From assembly GCF_049075655.1 (NCBI RefSeq), contig NZ_CP157522.1:96001-160000 (forward strand): DNA of 64,000 nt, read 5' to 3'. The stretch comes from Methanothermococcus sp. Ax23. GTDB taxonomy: Archaea > AGJL01 > Methanococci > Methanococcales > Methanococcaceae. The translations under genes were made by a program, and so were the position numbers. This document shows positions 51,788 through 60,790 of the stretch, piece after piece. Numbering within the stretch: position 1 is the first letter of the stretch; each line of letters starts with the position of its first letter. Below the pieces are notes generated by a model, which had not been told where the DNA came from, ran no database searches, and was given only the letters and a program-made list of their open reading frames with translations.

Positions 51788-54700
51788 GTTAAAATCAGAC
51801 CATAGTGGGATGGAAATTCAAAGAAGGATGCAATAGGTAGGAAAATAGAAAGGGGTTAAAATCAGACCATAGTGGGATGGAAATCGTGAAAAGGATAATA
51901 TATATATATTAGCTCTATGGCGTTAAAATCAGACCATAGTGGGATGGAAATATATCAGTTGGATTCAGTATCAATTTTGGCGTTTGAAGTTAAAATCAGA
52001 CCATAGTGGGATGGAAATATCCAGCCTTTATCATCATTATATGTAATTCTCGGACGTTAAAATCAGACCATAGTGGGATGGAAATATTTAACATATGTAT
52101 AGGTACGCAATATACCAAATCCGTTAAAATCAGACCATAGTGGGATGGAAATGTTTTTCTTATGCTTTTGTTTTCCCAAAGCTTTGCTTTGTTAAAATCA
52201 GACCATAGTGGGATGGAAATATTCTTTTATATTTACTTCGTATATGTCTTTTTCAATGTTAAAATCAGACCATAGTGGGATGGAAATTTCTCTCTATTGT
52301 ATTACTATGGTAATACTAATATATAGTTAAAATCAGACCATAGTGGGATGGAAATCAAAATGTAAATGATGCCCTTAAATCCGTTTTAAAGGGTTAAAAT
52401 CAGACCATAGTGGGATGGAAATGCGTCATAGTCACACTTACATATAGTGTCTATATTTTGGTTAAAATCAGACCATAGTGGGATGGAAATAATGAAAGTG
52501 CGTCAAAATCAATTATTTCAATTTCGTTAAAATCAGACCATAGTGGGATGGAAATAAAAAGCGTATTAGACGATATTAATCTCAACATGTTAAAATCAGA
52601 CCATAGTGGGATGGAAATTTTTTTTCCAAAGTTAATTATAAATATTGTTTTTTTTAGTTAAAATCAGACCATAGTGGGATGGAAATTCGTCAGTTGGTTC
52701 AAGTGTTCCGTCCTCTATGGTTAAAATCAGACCATAGTGGGATGGAAATCAATAACTGCTTCATTAATTGTAATTGTAACATCTAGTTAAAATCAGACCA
52801 TAGTGGGGTGGAAATTTAAATCAAATACGATTATTGTATTGTTCTTTTGTAAAGTTAAAATCAGACCATAGTGGGATGGAAATTTTATAGGAGAGGGGTT
52901 TGTTTTTTCCCACACTCCCACGTTAAAATCAGACCATAGTGGGGTGGAAATTTAATTCGTCTAAGTTCATAATATCACCTTTCATTCATTCGTTAAAATC
53001 AGACCATAGTGGGATGGAAATTTTGATTCTTGGTTTATTATTCCAACATGTCCAGATTGTTAAAATCAGACCATAGTGGGGTGGAAATTTCATTATCCAA
53101 CAATAGCGTAATTGATGACGATTTAGTTAAAATCAGACCATAGTGGGATGGAAATAATATTGAGATTGTAGGGATGAGTAGTAGCATATCCCCGTTAAAA
53201 TCAGACCATAATGGAAATATAAAAACTGCAGAAGAAATATATAAACACTTGAAAAAGGTTAAAATCAGACCATAGTGGGATGGAAATTTTTATGACTGAA
53301 ACATATTCTTTTATGGTATATTTGTTAAAATCAGACCATAGTGGGATGGAAATAATATATTTTCATACTATTTAAACCTTACTAAAAAATAGTTAAAATC
53401 AGACCATAGTGGGATGGAAATTTTCATGAAGAAGAACTAAAAAATGATGAGGATTTAAGTTAAAATCAGACCATAGTGGGATGGAAATATTTATTGGCTC
53501 GCTTCGCTCGCCAATCAATAGGAACCTGTTAAAATCAGACCATAGTGGGATGGAAATTCTCTTGCGTATTTGTGGGGTGGTGGGGGTTCTCTTCCGTTAA
53601 AATCAGACCATAGTGGGATGGAAATCTATCTTATGGGGGTATTCTGGAATTACGAGAGTTTGTTAAAATCAGACCATAGTGGGATGGAAATTCAAAACAA
53701 GGTTGGGCTTTTGCCCTGACAATATATGAAGTTAAAATCAGACCATAGTGGGATGGAAATTAGGAAGTTTATTCGTTCTATTCTGATCGATAAACTCGTT
53801 AAAATCAGACCATAGTGGGATGGAAATTTTGGATGTTTAATTGAAAGTGGATTTATTAAAGTTAAAATCAGACCATAGTGGGATGGAAATATGGGAATGA
53901 GTTAAAATACTGCGTATTTGTTCTGAACGTTAAAATCAGACCATAGTGGGATGGAAATCATATAAAAAAAGCGGCAGAGATGAGGCTCACAGGTTTGTTA
54001 AAATCAGACCATAGTGGGATGGAAATTCATTAATTCAATAATGATGTTAGACTTTGTTTTTACCGTTAAAATCAGACCATAGTGGGATGGAAATGTTTGG
54101 ATCGTTGCCAGGATGAAAACAACAGTAGGTTAAAATCAGACCATAGTGGGATGGAAATGATGGTCCTGTTGAGTTTATTGGGTGATTGGGTGATTGTTAA
54201 AATCAGACCATAGTGGGATGGAAATACTGCATATCTTCGTCCTTGTTTTGCATTATCAATATAGTTAAAATCAGACCATAGTGGGATGGAAATATCTGTA
54301 ATTACGTAATCGATTAAATAGAAATCGTTAAAATCAGACCATAGTGGGATGGAAATCTAACAACGTTGTTGGTAAAATCATGGGATAATCCAAAGTTAAA
54401 ATCAGACCATAGTGGGATGGAAATTTTCTTTTAAAAATTCATGGTAGAGCCTGTGTGGTTAAAATCAGACCATAGTGGGATGGAAATTTTCTTTTAAAAA
54501 TTCATGGTAGAGCCTGTGTGGTTAAAATCAGACCATAGTGGGATGGAAAGTATTTTCAGATATTGGCGTTATTGTCAAATATTGAGAGGTTAAAATCAGA
54601 CCATAGTGGGATGGAAAGCGATTTGGGTATTGGCGGATTACTTGAGGGGGTGGTAGTTAAAATCAGACCATAGTGGGATGGAAATTCCTGCTGGTGCAAG

Positions 54701-55266
54701 GACAGTCATCAGGGGCTGTTGTGTTAAAATCAGACCATAGTGGGATGGAAATGGTGAAATGATACTAAACGCATTTAATTTTATATGGTTAAAATCAGAC
54801 CATAGTGGGATGGAAATATCGTCTGGCAATCTAGATAATATTTCTGCTGGGCAGTTAAAATCAGACCATAGTGGGATGGAAATTTGTCGTTCTTTATATT
54901 GTTAAAATCAGACCATAGTGGGATGGAAATTGATGTTGAACCAAGTAGCATTGAAGAATTCAAAGAGTTAAAATCAGACCATAGTGGGATGGAAATTATT
55001 TTGTTGAATACATTTTTATTTTTCGAGATAATTGTTAAAATCAGACCAAGTGGGATGGAAATAACTCAATAATTAACTTAACGGATAATGAATATAGAAA
55101 GTTAAAATCAGACCATAGTGGGATGGAAATAGAAATTATAGAGCGTATGGCAGATATACTTTTAGAGGAGTTAAAATCAGACCATAGTGGGATGGAAATA
55201 CGATATTGAATGCACAAGTAAGTTATGGAAGTTGGTGTTAAAATCAGACCATAGTGGGATGGAAAT
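51788..55266 (+). CRISPR. CRISPR array, about 53 repeats / 52 spacers
   Basis: 30 bp repeat GTTAAAATCAGACCATAGTGGGATGGAAAT. Spacers are mostly 33-40 nt. Count is manual. Confidence 0.98.
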
Positions 55267-55586
55267 AAAATCAAAGGATGGCAAGATAAATATTTACATT
55301 ACAGTTATAAATCATCTCTATGGAGTTTATTCAAATGAGCTCAGGACATATGGAAAAATACAAAATGTATAAAAAGGACTATAACAACCTAAGGCATACA
55401 ACAATAGTAGCTCACGGGTTTAAAGGGATAAAAAATTATTAAATAAAATGCTAACAGATAATCCAAATTAATAAAGATATTGATAAGTATTTCAAAACTA
55501 TTAAATCAGAATTCTTCAATATTGCAGACAAAGATGAATCGAATATATTTGACAAACTAAATGATGAGATAATATATAATCTATAA
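55267..55586 (+). pseudogene. Possible decayed C-terminus of a CARF-HEPN (Csx1/Csm6-like) ribonuclease
   Basis: 55374-55430 translates to KDYNNLRHTTIVAHGFKGI (HEPN R-x6-H-like, AHGF). Another frame ends ..NIFDKLNDEIIYNL*. Broken by stops and frameshifts. Confidence 0.45.
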
Positions 55587-55771
55587 TATTTTTTTATTTT
55601 ATAGTTAAATAAACTAAAAAATCCCAATTTAATAAAAACCTTAAATTTTTACCTATTGGAATAGAAATTTTTTTATTGGCTATTCAAAATATTTTATATT
55701 TATGTTGAATATATGGAAAATCATAACCGAACCATCTCTAAGGTATAATTATAGTTTATTCAAGTGATAGC

Positions 55772-56683
55772 ATGCAATTTAAAGAAAAAGAAAAATTATT
55801 GGCAGAAATAATTAAAAAAATAAATAAAATAAGGAAGGATTTAAACCTAAAAAATACGAATTTTGAAATAGTGGATATAGATATAAAAACAAATAAAGAA
55901 AATGAATCTATATTTTTAATAATCTACGCTTTAACCCGTTCTGATAAATCCACAATCATAGGACCCGGAGGGTGGGTCGTTGGAAAATTAAGAGAAGATT
56001 TAAAACACCAATTTGACAAAAATTTAATAATAAGAGTAGAAAACTATATTGATAAAATTATATTAAAAGAAAAAAAGGAAGAAGCAATTTTATTTTTAAA
56101 CAAAATCGGATTAAAAAAAGGTCAAAAAATAATGGTTTTAGTTCAATGCGATTATGATTTATCCATTTTGGATTTCTTGAAAAGATATTTTAATGTATAT
56201 GCCGTATCTTTGGATATTGGAACTGTTGTATTACCCCCAAATAATAAAAAGATAATTGAAGATTATTTCATAAGCAATAACATACCTTATAATTTTATAA
56301 AACCTGTTGAATTAAGTAGAAAAGACATACTGGACGCATTAAATGATTATCCCTGTGATATCATCTGTGGTAATATGAACAAATACCTTATAAAGGAATG
56401 TGTGGATAAAAATATAAAATACATTATAAATAATCACATATCCGAGAATTACAAAAAAGATGAATCCACTGGAACACATATTTTAAATTTTTTAAATTTA
56501 TTTCCATTGAAAAGAAACTCTTTAAGAAACCCTTACCTAAACTGTCCTTTAATGATACAATCCTGCAAAAAAAATAATAATATAAAAATAAAATTGATAA
56601 ACAAAATAGTGTCAAATACATACGATGGATTAATCGAGCCAACAGAAGGTTCTGAAAAAATTATGAAAATAATAAATTCATAA
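55772..56683 (+). CDS. Conserved methanogen protein with KH-like N-terminus and degenerate PP-loop-like domain
   Basis: DKSTIIGPGGWVVGKL (KH GxxG) and C-terminal GLIEPTEG. Confidence 0.6.
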   Translation: MQFKEKEKLLAEIIKKINKIRKDLNLKNTNFEIVDIDIKTNKENESIFLIIYALTRSDKSTIIGPGGWVVGKLREDLKHQFDKNLIIRVENYIDKIILKEKKEEAILFLNKIGLKKGQKIMVLVQCDYDLSILDFLKRYFNVYAVSLDIGTVVLPPNNKKIIEDYFISNNIPYNFIKPVELSRKDILDALNDYPCDIICGNMNKYLIKECVDKNIKYIINNHISENYKKDESTGTHILNFLNLFPLKRNSLRNPYLNCPLMIQSCKKNNNIKIKLINKIVSNTYDGLIEPTEGSEKIMKIINS

Positions 56684-56772
56684 AATTTAACCATATTATT
56701 TATCATAAAACTAATTATAATTCATATTATAATTATATTTATATAATTTATTCCAAACATACTGGTGATTTC

Positions 56773-57561
56773 ATGATTATTACCATAGCCTCTGGAAAGG
56801 GTGGCGTAGGAAAAACTACAACTTCTGCAAACTTAGGGGTTGCACTATCAAAAATTGGAAAAAAAACCCTTATTGTAGATGGGGACATTTCAATGGCTAA
56901 TTTAGGTTTAATATTTAATTTTGAAAAAAAGAGACCTTCATTACATGATGTTCTTTCGGGAGAATGTGATGTAAAGGATGCAATATATAAACATAAAACC
57001 GGAGCTCACATACTACCTACAAGTTTATCAATAGAAGGATATAAAAAATCTGATTTGGATTTATTTCCCGAAGTTATATCCGATGTTGCCGATGACTACG
57101 ACTATGTAATAATAGATGCACCGGCTGGATTAAACAGGGACATGGCCATCCATTTGGCAATAGCAGATAAGGTTTTAATTGTTCTAACACCTGAGCTCTT
57201 TTCAATAGCCGATGGAATTAAAATAAAACAAAGTAGTGAAATGGCAGGAACTTCAATATTGGGTGCTGTTTTAAATAGAACTGGAAGAGATTTTGGAGAA
57301 ATGGGGATTGATGAAATTGAAATGATTGTTAATGAAAAAGTTATTAGCACCATACCTGAGGATGAGAATATAAGAAATGCCACATTGAAAAGAATGAGTG
57401 TAATTGAGTATTCTCCAAAATCCCCGTCATCAAAGGCATATATGGAGCTAGCACTTAAAATTATTGGCTCTTATGTAGATATGAATAAAATTGAAGAAGT
57501 TTATAATAAAAGTTTTATTGATAAAGTAAAAAGGATTTTTTTAAGATTTAAAAATAAATAA
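56773..57561 (+). CDS. minD: MinD-family ATPase
   Basis: ASGKGGVGKTT, DGDISMANL, IDAPAG, IPED. Confidence 0.9.
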   Translation: MIITIASGKGGVGKTTTSANLGVALSKIGKKTLIVDGDISMANLGLIFNFEKKRPSLHDVLSGECDVKDAIYKHKTGAHILPTSLSIEGYKKSDLDLFPEVISDVADDYDYVIIDAPAGLNRDMAIHLAIADKVLIVLTPELFSIADGIKIKQSSEMAGTSILGAVLNRTGRDFGEMGIDEIEMIVNEKVISTIPEDENIRNATLKRMSVIEYSPKSPSSKAYMELALKIIGSYVDMNKIEEVYNKSFIDKVKRIFLRFKNK

Positions 57562-57601
57562 TAATAATATTTATATATTATTATTTAAAAAAAGGTGTAG
57601 C

Positions 57602-58171
57602 ATGATTAATAATACCCCATATAAAGAAGAATTTAAAATAGTTTTGATAGGTCCAGAAAATTCTGGAAAATCGGCACTCTTGAATGCTATTTTTGGAAGG
57701 TATATCTCAAATGTTTCGGAAGTTGGAGGAACTACGAAGAGACCAGTAAAAAAGTTTTGGGGAAAATTAAAATACGGTAAGTCAAAAAAGGAGCCGAAAA
57801 TTGCAAATATATCCTTCGTAGATTTAGGCGGGCTTTATGCAGGTGAAAAAAAATCTCCAATAATGGTTGGAAAAATTCTCGAAGAGACTTATAAGGAGAT
57901 GGAAAAGGCAGATATAATCATCCATGTTGTCGATGGAGAAAAAGGTCTATCAAAAAGCTTTGAAAAACTTCATCATTTACTTAAATATCGATACCAAAAG
58001 CCCATTATAGTTGTTATCAATAAATGTGATTTACTTGATAACAATAAAAGAGATTATTTAAAAAATCATATTGAAGAAAGACTGGAAAATAAGGTTATTT
58101 TTACATCAACAATAACCTATGAAGGCATTACAAATCTAATTGATACCATTATAAAATTCCTAAAAAAGTGA
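57602..58171 (+). CDS. Small Era-like GTPase
   Basis: G1 GPENSGKS, G2 GTT, G3 DLGG, G4 NKCD. Confidence 0.85.
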   Translation: MINNTPYKEEFKIVLIGPENSGKSALLNAIFGRYISNVSEVGGTTKRPVKKFWGKLKYGKSKKEPKIANISFVDLGGLYAGEKKSPIMVGKILEETYKEMEKADIIIHVVDGEKGLSKSFEKLHHLLKYRYQKPIIVVINKCDLLDNNKRDYLKNHIEERLENKVIFTSTITYEGITNLIDTIIKFLKK

Positions 58172-58217
58172 ATTAAATAATTATTATATATGATAAAAGT
58201 AGTTATATGGTGAAAAT

Positions 58218-58646
58218 ATGGTATTTGAATCAATAAAGGAGTTAATTAAAGGAGGAACAAATAATAAACCAAAATTAGAAACTAGCCCAGTAGCAATTGA
58301 GGATTATGTCGAAGTTCCTGTTAAGATTCATGATGACAGCAATATTATAAAAATAAAGGTTTGCGAGCTCGATGATTATAGGGATGCCACAGACATATCT
58401 GTAATGATTGATGCAGGATATATTGTTATTGCAAATACCATAAATTTAGAAAGAGATATGGACGAGGATTACGCAAAATTGCTGGCATATTTGAAGAATA
58501 AAGTTTCAGAATGTGATGGAACAGTAATTAAAGTATGTGAAAGTAAAATAATGGCAGTTCCCAACAATGTGGTAATTGAAAAATTAATTAAAGAACCTGA
58601 GGAAGCATCTGAAATAGAAGGTAGCGAGGAATGGGAGATAAAATAA
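58218..58646 (+). CDS. sepF: Archaeal SepF
   Basis: EDYVE, IKVCEL, GYIVI, P.NV.I pattern; lies in a minD operon. Confidence 0.75.
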   Translation: MVFESIKELIKGGTNNKPKLETSPVAIEDYVEVPVKIHDDSNIIKIKVCELDDYRDATDISVMIDAGYIVIANTINLERDMDEDYAKLLAYLKNKVSECDGTVIKVCESKIMAVPNNVVIEKLIKEPEEASEIEGSEEWEIK

Positions 58647-58661
58647 AAAAGAGAGGAAAAA

Positions 58662-59525
58662 ATGGAAGATATTCACATAATGGAGGCTCTTGGGAAATCT
58701 AAGGTGGTTGTAAAAAATGGGAAAGTTGTTGAAGTTGGAGAACCTTTGATAAGGTATTGTCCATTGTTTGCAAAACATAGGGGCATGGATGAATTAAATA
58801 AAGAAACCATTAAAAAGAATATAGAATTTAGAATAAAAGATTTTGGATTATTTACAGAAAATAGGGTTGTTGAATCCAGGGAATGCATAGTTGGATTTGG
58901 AACGTCAGAGATATTCATGACTGCATTGAAAAATAAATTGCTTGATGCCGTGGTGATTGTTAGCGACTGTGCTGGAACAGTAATAACAAATAATCCATAT
59001 CTAGTTCAGGGGTTGTGTGGGCGAATATCTGGAATAATAAAAACTACGCCAATTCCAAAAGTTATTGAAAAAATAGAAAATGCTGGCGGCGTTGTGTTAA
59101 ATAAGGATAATGCAGAAATCAACCAATATAAGGGAGTTGAACGGGCATTGGAATTAGGTTATAAAAAAATAGGAGTAAGCATTGCCAATTTGGAAGATGC
59201 TAAAAAAATTAAAGAATTGGAAAAAACATTTGCTGAAAAATCTGTAAAAATTATAACCTTTGGCGTTCATACAACAGGGTATAATAAACCAGATGTTGAA
59301 AAATATTTGAAATACCTTGATTTAACCACGTGCTGTGCTTCAAAAGGTGTTTTGGAAGCAGTAAAAGGACATGTGAAGGTTCAAGTGGGAAAATCTGTTC
59401 CAATATTTGCACTTACTCAGTATGGGAAAGAATTAATATTGGAAAGAATGGAGGAATTGGAAAGACCGATATTGATTACACCTCATGATGAGCTCCCAGA
59501 TGTTAAAGGTAATTTTTATATCTAA
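58662..59525 (+). CDS. Methanogenesis marker protein 8 (DUF2099)
   Basis: HIMEALGK, YCPLF, FGTSEI, DCAGT, VQGLCGRISG, VHTTG, CASK. Confidence 0.85.
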   Translation: MEDIHIMEALGKSKVVVKNGKVVEVGEPLIRYCPLFAKHRGMDELNKETIKKNIEFRIKDFGLFTENRVVESRECIVGFGTSEIFMTALKNKLLDAVVIVSDCAGTVITNNPYLVQGLCGRISGIIKTTPIPKVIEKIENAGGVVLNKDNAEINQYKGVERALELGYKKIGVSIANLEDAKKIKELEKTFAEKSVKIITFGVHTTGYNKPDVEKYLKYLDLTTCCASKGVLEAVKGHVKVQVGKSVPIFALTQYGKELILERMEELERPILITPHDELPDVKGNFYI

Positions 59526-59589
59526 GTGAATTACTCTTTTACTTTTATTTTCAATTGTATTAAATTTAATAATTATTTATTTTTCATTA

Positions 59590-59779
59590 TTTTTATCAAA
59601 TATATACTTGAATACAGCTTTTTGAGCGTGTAATATAATTTCCAGCGCAACCTTTAAAAAAGGTTGCATCCAAAGTCCAATACTCACTATCGCTCGTATT
59701 GGAACCTAAAATTGAACATTTACTTTTTATCAAATATATACTTAAACACAGCCTTTTGAGCGTGTAATCTATTTTCAGC
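59590..59779 (-). repeat. Diverged ~57 bp duplicate of the argF 3' end (59590-59646 vs 59724-59779) with a hairpin pair in between
   Basis: The two copies align directly. Hairpins gcaaccttt/aaaggttgc (59647-59667) and tccaatac/gtattgga (59676-59703) lie between them. Confidence 0.85.
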
Positions 59780-60637
59780 TTCATCATAAACAACAGATTG
59801 TTCTCCATCAATTACATCATCAGTTATTTCCATTCCCCTATTTGCAGGAAGGCAGTGCATTACAATAGCATCATTTTTTGCATAACTTAATAGTTTTTCA
59901 TTTATTTGGTAAGGTGGGAATGTTCTTTTGACTTCTTCCAAATCTTTGTTTTTATCACTCATACTTATCCATACATCTGTGTATAATACATCAGCATCTT
60001 CTGCCCCTTCTTTTGGGTCATTTGTTAGTGTTATGCTACCTTCTCCGTATTTATCCACTATTTCCAATGCCTTTTTTACAAACATTGCATTTGGTTCATA
60101 ACCTTCTGGTGTGGCAGCATACACATCCATTCCAAGCAGAGCTCCGCCAATCAATAGGGAATTACACACATTGTTTCCATCACCAAAATAAGATAATTTA
60201 AGACCCTTTAATTTGTTTTTATGTTCCTTTATTGTTAAGAGGTCTGCCAATATCTGACATGGATGTGCCAAATTACTCAATGCATTAATTACAGGAACAT
60301 CGCCGTATTTTGCCAGTTCTTCAAGTGTTTTATGATTCTTAACTCTTGCAACAATTCCATCCACATATCTGCTCATTACCTTTGCAGTGTCTTTTATACT
60401 CTCTTTTTTTCCCAGGTGGGTTTCTCCGGTATTGAGCATTAAAGAATGTCCCCCCAACTCATTTACTGCAATATCAAAACTTATTCTCGTCCTTGTTGAG
60501 GGACTTTCAAATATTAATGCTATATTTTTATCTTTTAATATATCCTCGGTTTTTCTATTCTCTTTAAAATAAATGGCGTCTTTAATAATATTTTCAACAT
60601 CATTTCTCTCTAAATCTCCCAAAGTTAATAAATGCAT
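59720..60637 (-). CDS. argF: Ornithine carbamoyltransferase
   Basis: STRTR, HPCQ, DVWISM, HCLP, AENRLH. Confidence 0.96.
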   Translation of the reverse strand: MHLLTLGDLERNDVENIIKDAIYFKENRKTEDILKDKNIALIFESPSTRTRISFDIAVNELGGHSLMLNTGETHLGKKESIKDTAKVMSRYVDGIVARVKNHKTLEELAKYGDVPVINALSNLAHPCQILADLLTIKEHKNKLKGLKLSYFGDGNNVCNSLLIGGALLGMDVYAATPEGYEPNAMFVKKALEIVDKYGEGSITLTNDPKEGAEDADVLYTDVWISMSDKNKDLEEVKRTFPPYQINEKLLSYAKNDAIVMHCLPANRGMEITDDVIDGEQSVVYDEAENRLHAQKAVFKYIFDKK

Positions 60638-60790
60638 AATATCACCCTCATGAACATGAAAAACATAATCTAAACATATTTGAGATTATTTTATTTAACT
60701 ATCATTATATTTAAAACTTGTTAATATAAAAGCATTCGATTTTCAAAACCACGAAGATTTTTAAGACCTCACTTAAAAATAAAATAAATA

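Noticed and set aside
52952-52991. Spacer sharing cataatatcacc with the argF start region
   Set aside because: Only a 12 bp match made of the generic GGTGA RBS plus ATG; not self-targeting.
54638-55372. Short ORFs overlapping the CRISPR array
   Set aside because: They are translations of repeats and spacers (recurring ISIPLWSDFN / LKSDHSGMEI), not genes.
59596-59811. 71 aa ORF overlapping the argF end
   Set aside because: It is read through the hairpin pair and the duplicated argF tail, so it is a by-product of the repeat.
60731-60770. attcgattttcaaaaccacgaagattttt, resembling hairpin B
   Set aside because: The stem is too degenerate and there is no clear hairpin A or restorable target, so it is not counted as a copy.
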